Part shown: positions 57,027-64,000 of the stretch, piece after piece | How positions within the stretch are numbered: the stretch's first letter is position 1 | Layout: the number at the start of each line of letters is the position of its first letter | Origin: an uncultured delta proteobacterium | GTDB taxonomy: Bacteria > Myxococcota_A > Polyangia > Polyangiales > B10-G4 | Assembly: GCA_963727445.1 (NCBI GenBank) | Contig: CAVSGI010000010.1 | Span: 992,001-1,056,000 of the forward strand | Reading direction: 5' to 3' | Length of the DNA stretch: 64,000 nucleotides | Program-made: the position numbers and the translations under genes | The notes under the pieces: generated by a model | The model's input: only the letters and a program-made list of their open reading frames with translations | Databases searched by the model: none | Told to the model about the DNA's origin: nothing

Positions 57027-57794
57027 TCAGCCCTCGTCCCCCGCGATCAGCGCCTCGACGAAGTCGGCCTGCTCCTTCGGCGTGCTCATGAGCTGAGCGA
57101 CGTAGTCGTCCGCCGGCTCGGTCATCAGCTCGCGCGGCGTGCCCACCTGCACCAGCTTCCCGGCGTTCATCACCGCGATGCGATCGCCGAGGACCAGCGC
57201 CTCGACCATGTCGTGCGTCACGAAGATGGCGGTGAGCCCCGTCTCCTTTCGGATGCGCAGGAAGAACTGCTGGATGCGGTCGCGCGTCAGAGGATCGAGC
57301 GCACCGAAGGGCTCGTCGAGGAGCATCACCTTCGGCTCCGCCGCGAGGGCCCGCGCCACGCCCACTCGCTGCTGCTGACCGCCCGAGAGCTCGGAGGGCC
57401 GGCGATCGCGCACCTCTTTCGGATCGAGCTCGACGATCTCGAGGAGCTCGTCCACGCGCGCGCGGATGCGTTCCTTCTCCCAGCCGAGCAGGCGCGGGGT
57501 GATCCCCACGTTCTCCGCGATCGTCATGTGCGGAAAGAGCCCGATCTTCTGGAACGCGTAGCCGATGCGGCGGCGCAGCTCGTGGACCGGCTGTTCGGTG
57601 ACGTCCTCGCCGTCGAAGAGGATCTGGCCGCTCGTCGGCTCGATGAGCCGATTGATCATCTTGAGCGTGGTCGTCTTGCCCGAGCCCGACCCGCCGAGGA
57701 GCACCAGGAGTGTCCCCTCCTCCACCGTGAGCGAGACCGAGCTCACCGCCGTGAAGTCGGCGTAGCGCTTGGTGAGGTCGACCAGCTCGATCAC
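57027..57794 (-). CDS. Osmoprotectant ABC transporter ATP-binding subunit
   Basis: GGSGSGKTT, INRLIEPTSG, LSGGQQQR, LLDEPFGALD. Confidence 0.95.
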   Translation of the reverse strand: MIELVDLTKRYADFTAVSSVSLTVEEGTLLVLLGGSGSGKTTTLKMINRLIEPTSGQILFDGEDVTEQPVHELRRRIGYAFQKIGLFPHMTIAENVGITPRLLGWEKERIRARVDELLEIVELDPKEVRDRRPSELSGGQQQRVGVARALAAEPKVMLLDEPFGALDPLTRDRIQQFFLRIRKETGLTAIFVTHDMVEALVLGDRIAVMNAGKLVQVGTPRELMTEPADDYVAQLMSTPKEQADFVEALIAGDEG

Positions 57795-57992
57795 GGCGGG
57801 ACCGTATCAGCACTTCGCGATGGGGCATCGGGCATCGGCAAAACCCGTGTTACGAGCCGCGAACCGCCCCATTTGAGGACCTCGCCTCGCGTTTTCGCCT
57901 CATTTCCCCGAGAAAGGCGCCGGCGGCGCGCTGAACACACGTGTACGCCCAATAGAAGCCAAATCTTTTCGGAGTCGGTATTCTGCGTGCGA

Positions 57993-60398
57993 ATGGCCGG
58001 ACGCGACGATACCGAGCCACCCGACCTCATGGGACGGGTTCAAGAGGCTCGGGTGATTCCGACCCTCCAGCAAGTCCCGGAGACGAAGGAAGAGATTCGC
58101 CGGCGGCGGATCACCCGCATCTCCACCGTCATCGCGATCATCGTGATCGTCACCATCGCGGTCTTCGTCGGTCTTCACATCTCCCACCGCTCCGCGATCA
58201 AGGAAGCCGCGCTGCTCGCAGGCGACGATGGACGCCCCGCGTCGATCGACGCCGCCCTGGCGCTGCTCGCAGACGAAACGGATCCCGACGACCTCGCGCT
58301 TCGCGCGCGTCTTCTCGCGACGCGCGTCCTCGAAGCGAACACCGACGACACCGAGCAGGTCACCTCGCTCCTCGAACAGCTCCCGGCGGAGCGCTCGATG
58401 AACGCGGTCGTGGCTTCCACGTACCTGGCTCTGCACGCCAACGAGCTCGAGCGCGCGCAATCGGAGGCCGCGCTGATCACCGTCGGCGGCACCTACGCAT
58501 CGGAGGCCGCGCACGCGCGCGCCCTGGTCGCGGTCGCCCTCGGCAATCCGGAGGCGGCGACGGCCGAGGCCGAGCTGGCCCTCGAGCGCCGCCCGGGCGC
58601 GCCCCGTCACGCCGCTCTGTTGGCGCTGATCCTCTCGCGAAAGGGCGAGCACGAAGCCGCCTTCGAGACCCTCGACGCCGCGACCGATCCGGAGAGCTCA
58701 CCGCGGATCCGCGTGACGCGCGCGCGGATCCTCCTCGAGGCCGGCGAGGATCCCGATCGGGCCGTCACCGAAGCGGAAGCCGTGCTGGGCGAGCTCTCCG
58801 ACCAGGCCCTGTCTCCCGAGATCGCGTGGGCCCGCTTGATCCGCGGTTGGGCCGCGGCGGGGCGCGGCGACTCGCAGGCAGCGCTCGCGGACGCCCGCGC
58901 CGCCGACGAGCAGCGCCCCCCGGCGGACGAGATGTTCGTGGTCGCCCTGGCCGAGACTTATCTGAAGGCGGGCGCCCTCGACGCGGCCGCCGAGGCGCTG
59001 GACTCGGTGCAGGCGCGAACGGCACACATTCGCGGGCGGCAGGCGCAGATCCGCGCCGAGCTGGCGCTCGCCCGTGGCAACCGGGCCGCCGCCGAGGCCG
59101 CGCTGGCCGAGGCCCTGCCGGGGACGCGCTCCGACCTGATCCGCGCGCGGCTCCTCGACGCCGCCGGCGACACGGAAGAGGCGAAGGCGCTCTACGCCCA
59201 GGCGGCGGAGGTCCCGGCCTTCTTCGTGGAGGCGAGCGCGCGCCTCGCGACCCTCGAGCTCAAGAGCGGGGACGCGCAGGAGGCCTCGGCCAGATTGGCG
59301 AGCGTGCTCGAGCGGACGCCGAGCCACCCGCTGGTCGCGCCCGTGGCGGTGAGGGCGAAGCTCGCCCTCGGCGACGCCGAGGGAGCGATGCGCATCGCGA
59401 CCCGCGCCCTCGAAGACCACCCGGAGGACCCCGATCTGCTCGCGGCCCGCGCCGCGGTGGAGATCGACAGTGGCGACGACGAGGCAGCGCTGCGTTCGCT
59501 TCGGGCGGCGATCGAGCGCCGGGACGACGACCCGCATCTGCACCTCATGCGCGCCAAAGCGGCGCGTCGCGTGGGCGAGATCGCCGAAGCGCGAGAGGCC
59601 TTCGACGCGGTTCTCGAGCGCACGCCGGACAACGAGGAGGCGCTGTTGGCGGCCGCCGAGCTCGCGGTGGAGGACGCCGATCCCGAGCGCGCCGAGCAGG
59701 TGCTCGACTTGATCGACGAGCACCACCTGCATGGCAAGGAGATCGACTACGCGCGCGCGGGCTTTCTCGTCGGCTCGGCCGCGGGACAGCGGGGCTTTCT
59801 GCCGGTGCGGCGCGCCCTGGCGCGCAATCAGCGCGACCCCTTCCTGCAGAACGCCCTGGGCGACCTCTTCCTCGAAGCGGAGGAGTGGCGCGCCGCCGCC
59901 AACGCCTTCACCGCCGCGGGCAACTATGCGGAAGAGCCCGACGCGCACGCCATCCTCGGAAAGACAATCGCCCAGATCCGCGTGGGGGTCCTGGGTGTGG
60001 CGCTGTCCAATCTCGAGGCCGCGCGGGAAGCCGGCGCGGAGCTCGGCCCGGCCTTCGAGGCGCGGGTGCTGGCCGCGGAGGGTCGCGTCTTGATGATGAC
60101 CGGCGGCTGGGCGCGCGCCGAGGAGAAGGCGCGGGCCTCCATCGCCGCCGACCCCAAGTGCAGCGAAGGCCATCTGCTGCTGGCCGACATCCTTCAGCAC
60201 AAGAACGACAATTCACTCCCCGAGCTCCGTCTCGCGGCCGAGGGACGGATCCCCCAGCCCGAAGCGATGGCGCGCATCTACCTCGCCGACCAGGAGGCCG
60301 AAGACGCGTGCACCTACGCCCGGGGCTACCTCCGCGCCGCCCCCCAGGGCCGCTACGCAGAGCGTATCCGGGACCTGGCCCGGCACTGTCCGCGCTGA
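57993..60398 (+). CDS. Membrane-anchored tetratricopeptide repeat protein
   Basis: One TM segment then many TPR-like helices; C-terminal YLRAAPQGRYA. Confidence 0.85.
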   Translation: MAGRDDTEPPDLMGRVQEARVIPTLQQVPETKEEIRRRRITRISTVIAIIVIVTIAVFVGLHISHRSAIKEAALLAGDDGRPASIDAALALLADETDPDDLALRARLLATRVLEANTDDTEQVTSLLEQLPAERSMNAVVASTYLALHANELERAQSEAALITVGGTYASEAAHARALVAVALGNPEAATAEAELALERRPGAPRHAALLALILSRKGEHEAAFETLDAATDPESSPRIRVTRARILLEAGEDPDRAVTEAEAVLGELSDQALSPEIAWARLIRGWAAAGRGDSQAALADARAADEQRPPADEMFVVALAETYLKAGALDAAAEALDSVQARTAHIRGRQAQIRAELALARGNRAAAEAALAEALPGTRSDLIRARLLDAAGDTEEAKALYAQAAEVPAFFVEASARLATLELKSGDAQEASARLASVLERTPSHPLVAPVAVRAKLALGDAEGAMRIATRALEDHPEDPDLLAARAAVEIDSGDDEAALRSLRAAIERRDDDPHLHLMRAKAARRVGEIAEAREAFDAVLERTPDNEEALLAAAELAVEDADPERAEQVLDLIDEHHLHGKEIDYARAGFLVGSAAGQRGFLPVRRALARNQRDPFLQNALGDLFLEAEEWRAAANAFTAAGNYAEEPDAHAILGKTIAQIRVGVLGVALSNLEAAREAGAELGPAFEARVLAAEGRVLMMTGGWARAEEKARASIAADPKCSEGHLLLADILQHKNDNSLPELRLAAEGRIPQPEAMARIYLADQEAEDACTYARGYLRAAPQGRYAERIRDLARHCPR

Positions 60399-60459
60399 GG
60401 CCGGCGCACTGATCTGCACCGGGCCCGGGCCCCAAGATCCCGAGGGGAGGGTCCCCCTC

Positions 60460-61146
60460 GTCGCCTCGCGCTTCGCGCTCGGCTCTCACGTCTGCCCGGT
60501 CGCGGTGTTTGAGACTGACCCAGAGGGTCCATCTCTGAATGGCCCGGGACCTCTGCGGGCAGCGTTCGCACCCCTCGCGGGCGCCTGACGGCGCCCGGGT
60601 CGCGTTGCTTCGCAACGCTCCACTCCGTCCGGGTTACCGAGGAGCGCTTGATGGGGACGGTCTACACTTTTCAACTTTCGCTGGGTCGCGCGCATGCGGG
60701 ATAGCGCTTGATGGGGACGGTCTACACTTTTCAACTTTCGCTGGGTCGCGCGCATGCGGGATGAAACCCGGGAGGGCGGGGCGAAAGTTGAAAAGTGTAG
60801 ACCGTCCCCGTTAGCCCGCATGCGGGATGGAACCCGGGCGGGCGGGGCGAAAGTTGAAAAGTGTAGACCGTCCCCGTTAGCCCGCATGCGGGATGAAACC
60901 CGGGCGGGCGGGGCGAAAGTTGAAAAGTGTAGACCGTCCCCGTTAGGCCTGGTCCCCGTTAGGCCTGTCCCCGTTAGGCCTGCAGGAACCGGGGCGGCCG
61001 CCAGGGCCGCGACCCGGCGCCGCAGGCGCCGAGGGGGGCCGAACGCTGCCCGCACACCATCAGATCATTGCCAATGAGTATGGCGAGCCCATCTGTTCCA
61101 CACCGGGCGGGCAGTCGTGAGAGCCGAGCGCGAAGCGCGAGGCGAC
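60460..61146. repeat. REP-like inverted pair (31-bp perfect) bracketing the repeat cluster
   Basis: 60460-60490 is the reverse complement of 61116-61146. Confidence 0.8.
60643..60982. repeat. 29-bp core GGGGACGGTCTACACTTTTCAACTTTCGC: 2 forward copies (60-bp period), 3 reverse copies (66-bp period), plus 3x GTCCCCGTTAGGCCT
   Basis: Cores start at 60653 and 60713 (+) and at 60781, 60847 and 60913 (-). Confidence 0.9.
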
Positions 61147-61166
61147 AGGGGGGGCTTGTCCCCCGC

Positions 61167-61534
61167 GGCTCACGATTGGTCACATTTTCCGCGGCGATGC
61201 CCGGCCCTGACGGACGATTCGGCCGAGGCGAGCGCCCGCCTCCCGGGTTCCGTCCGTCCCGACGGACGATTCGGCGGGGACGGACCGCTCTCGGAGGCAA
61301 CGGGCGATGGCTCGGACTCCGGTCCGCGTGGGCGGACCGCTCTCGGAGGCAACGGGCGATGGCTCGGACTCCGGTCCGCGTGGGCGGACCGCTCTCGGAG
61401 GCAACGGGCGATGGCTCGGACTCCGGTCCGCCGCGCGCGCGCATTCCTCCCGACCTGCGGTACCCCGCGCGCTCTGCGGTACCCCCTGCGCGCTCGATGC
61501 ATCTCGAGCCCGGAGAAATGACCAATCGTGAGCC
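61167..61534. mobile_element. MITE-like element with 16-bp terminal inverted repeats
   Basis: GGCTCACGATTGGTCA (61167-61182) and TGACCAATCGTGAGCC (61519-61534); no clear target-site duplication. Confidence 0.45.
61281..61431. repeat. 52-bp tandem repeat, about 3 copies
   Basis: Units start at 61281, 61333 and 61385; each is bounded by CGGACCG...CGGTCCG. Confidence 0.9.
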
Positions 61535-61579
61535 CGGAGTGGGCCCATCCTCACGACCGGGAGCCGACTGAGCTGCCTC

Positions 61580-63190
61580 TCAGCCGTCGACGAAGAAGAC
61601 GCCCCTCAGATCCTCGGTGGCGGAGATGGCCGTCGCGGTGCCACCGCCGGGCATCCGGAAGGACGTCGCCCGGAACTGGTAGTACATCCCCGGCGTCATC
61701 GGACCCGCATAGTCGACGGTGACGGTGTCCATCCCGCTCACCCCCGGGACCATCATCTCCCACACCACGTCGCCGTAGGCGTTGAAGACCTGGACCTGGT
61801 AGTACTCCTCGCTCGAGTCGTCGGCCCACTCGAGAGTGGGCGGCGCGGTGACCGCCTCGGGTAGATCGCGTCCCGGACCCACGACGTCGAGGGCCTCGGT
61901 CACCTTGAAGGAGTCGGTGAGGGTCACCATCGGCCCGTCCGGCCCGGGGAGCTCGACGGTGACGATGGCGGTTCCCGCGATCAGCTGGTCGGGGTCCCGC
62001 ACCAGGCCATCGTTCTCGAAGCCGGCGAGAACCACGTAGCGACCATCGGGGATCCCCTCGATCGTCCAGCCGCTCTGGACGTCGGGCGGCCCGTCCCGGG
62101 GCGCGCGCAAGCCCGGCGGAAGCGAGCCACGTCCCAGCACCTCGTCGAAGGTGCTCTCCACGACCAGGACCACGCTGGTCCGCAGGTCCGCCGATGCGTT
62201 GACGATCTGAATCGTGCCCGTGAGCGTGTTGGTCTCGGCCATGGAATCGACGAGGTCGACCCCTTCGAGCGGCGCTCCGGCAACGGTGACGTCGGCCGGG
62301 GTGAGCTGGAGATCGGCGGCATAGCCGCGCACTTCGTAAGCGCCGTCGGTGACGTTGAAGATGGTGTAGGCGCCGCCCAGGTCGGAGATGCTGCTGAAGG
62401 CGCCGCCATCGCCCTCGGCCACCACCAGGACACCGGCCTCGCGACCTTCGGCCACGACGTGACCGGAGATGGTCGCCCTCGGCGTCGTCAGGTCCTCGAG
62501 GGGGATCAGCACGATCTCCGTCAGCGTTCCCTGAATCACCCAGGCGTCGTCCATCTCCACCGTCTCCGAGGTGTTGATCGGGAGCGCGGTGCGGATGCCG
62601 CCAGGGAAGGTCTGATAGCCGTCGGCGCTCGACCGCAGCGTGTAGGCCGCGTCGACGGGGCTCCCGTCCATGTTGCGGAGGGTGGGGAGCTCGAGGACGT
62701 AGTTGCCCATCGCGTCGCTCACGGCCACGTCCGTGACCGCGACCGGCAGGTCGTCGAGCGCGATCACCTGCGCCCCCTCGATGGGAGAGGAATCGGTGGC
62801 ATCGCGGACGAGCCCGCGGATCTCGAGCGGCCGCTCGCAGGCGTAGCTCATGTCCACCAGCTGCACGCAACGCAGGGCCGGGTCACAGCCGTCCTCCGCC
62901 GGATCGCAGGCCGCACCTTCGGGGAGGTAGCAGGTGCCCGTGGTGTTCCCCATGTCGTCGGTCATCGACACACAGACCGCGTCCCCTTCGCACCAGGCCA
63001 TGTCGGCCTCGGGGTCGCACATACCACCGACCGGGACCTGGCAACGGGCTTCCCCGTCGCTCGCGGCGGCGCAAACCAGGCCCTCGTCGCAGGCGTTGGT
63101 GCTGGCCACGTCACAGGTGTCACCCGCGCTGCCGCTGCTGCTGCACCCCGCGACCGCACCCACGATGAACAAAGAAAGAAAGAGCTTCAC
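61580..63190 (-). CDS. Lipoprotein with Cys-rich N-terminus and carboxypeptidase-regulatory-like domains
   Basis: SD GGAGG + GTG; lipobox VAGC; IRGLVRDA...PIEGAQV, GAYEVRGYA. Confidence 0.8.
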   Translation of the reverse strand: MKLFLSLFIVGAVAGCSSSGSAGDTCDVASTNACDEGLVCAAASDGEARCQVPVGGMCDPEADMAWCEGDAVCVSMTDDMGNTTGTCYLPEGAACDPAEDGCDPALRCVQLVDMSYACERPLEIRGLVRDATDSSPIEGAQVIALDDLPVAVTDVAVSDAMGNYVLELPTLRNMDGSPVDAAYTLRSSADGYQTFPGGIRTALPINTSETVEMDDAWVIQGTLTEIVLIPLEDLTTPRATISGHVVAEGREAGVLVVAEGDGGAFSSISDLGGAYTIFNVTDGAYEVRGYAADLQLTPADVTVAGAPLEGVDLVDSMAETNTLTGTIQIVNASADLRTSVVLVVESTFDEVLGRGSLPPGLRAPRDGPPDVQSGWTIEGIPDGRYVVLAGFENDGLVRDPDQLIAGTAIVTVELPGPDGPMVTLTDSFKVTEALDVVGPGRDLPEAVTAPPTLEWADDSSEEYYQVQVFNAYGDVVWEMMVPGVSGMDTVTVDYAGPMTPGMYYQFRATSFRMPGGGTATAISATEDLRGVFFVDG

Positions 63191-63365
63191 GACCACCTCC
63201 CACCCGGGATCCTCCCAAATTTTGGTGAGGCAAACCACACAACACTTCGGCGCCCGGGGTACAGATCCTGGAAACTGGGCGGGAATTGGCGGTTTTTCTA
63301 GCTGCGCCGCCATCTTGCATCCGGCCCCGCCCTACGTTAAAGAACCGGCGCGTTCGAGGGGAGCG

Positions 63366-64000
63366 ATGTCGGAGTTTCGCGAAGGAAAGGCGCTGATCAA
63401 CGCCACCCGCCCTTTCACCAAAGAGGACAAGGCGCGGAGCTGGTTCCACGTGGTGAGCACCCTGCTCATCATCGCGGGCTTTTTGGCGATCGCCGTCACC
63501 GCGCCCTGGTGGCCGCTTCAGCTCCTGGCCTCGCTCCTCGGCGGGCTCACCATCGTGCGGGGCTTCATCCTCTATCACGACTTCTATCACGGGGCGCTCC
63601 TCAAGAACTCGAAGCTCGCCCGCGCGATCTTCAGCGTCTACGGCATCCTGGTGCTGACCCCGCCGCGGGTCTGGAAGCAGACGCACAACTACCACCACGC
63701 CAACAACGCCAAGATCGTCGGCTCCCATGTCGGTAGCTACCCGATGATGACGGTGGAGATGTGGAAGAAGGCGACGCTCAATCAGCGACGCTTCTACCGG
63801 ATCGCCCGCCACCCGCTGACCATTCTCTTCGGCTACATCTTCATCTTCCAGTACGGGATGTGCGTGAGCGGGTTCCTCCGCCGCCCCAAGAAGAACTGGG
63901 ACAGCGCCGTCGCGCTGATCGTGCATTTCACGATCGTGGGCCTGGTCGCGTACTTCTTCGGGCTCAACATCGTCTTCTTCGGCGTGATCCTCCCGCTCAT
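63366..64000 (+). CDS. Fatty acid desaturase, truncated at window end
   Basis: MSEFREGK...; His boxes HDFYH and HNYHH with TM segments; not in the ORF track because there is no stop in the window. Confidence 0.9.
   Translation, partial: MSEFREGKALINATRPFTKEDKARSWFHVVSTLLIIAGFLAIAVTAPWWPLQLLASLLGGLTIVRGFILYHDFYHGALLKNSKLARAIFSVYGILVLTPPRVWKQTHNYHHANNAKIVGSHVGSYPMMTVEMWKKATLNQRRFYRIARHPLTILFGYIFIFQYGMCVSGFLRRPKKNWDSAVALIVHFTIVGLVAYFFGLNIVFFGVILPL

Noticed and set aside
55692..57992. N-terminal 767 aa of the 1568-aa ORF
   Set aside because: Antisense to the ABC transporter genes; the TPR protein starts at about 57993
60643..60982. CRISPR array
   Set aside because: Intervening sequences are near-identical rather than unique spacers, the orientation flips midway, and no cas genes are present

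Overview
A very GC-rich bacterial window. The gene content (DAG-linker lipoproteins, MYXO-CTERM-like tails, a DUF1552/DUF1592 pair, vWA and TPR proteins) points to a myxobacterium (inference). It holds about 52 protein-coding genes and no rRNA, tRNA, CRISPR array or transposase. The main discovery is a tightly packed minus-strand operon at 30829->27463. It encodes a 90-aa lipoprotein-type precursor with six DAGC repeats (7 core Cys), a DUF692/MNIO enzyme, a DUF2063-like partner, a CxxCH protein and a cytochrome P460-family lipoprotein, behind an ECF-sigma-like GTAAC-N17-CGTA motif. This looks like a new membrane-anchored, bufferin/oxazolin-like metal-binding RiPP system. Downstream on the same strand is a 1552-aa fusion (AstD-like aldehyde dehydrogenase + class III aminotransferase + GNAT + Lys-less aminotransferase) coupled to a C45 hydrolase. 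Other points: a CTG-start beta-CASP nuclease, a candidate leader peptide before an ABC-F gene, nested palindromic REP/MITE-like repeats at 60.4-61.5 kb, and nine single-base frameshifts that are probably assembly errors. All family calls come from motif recognition by eye; no database search was run.
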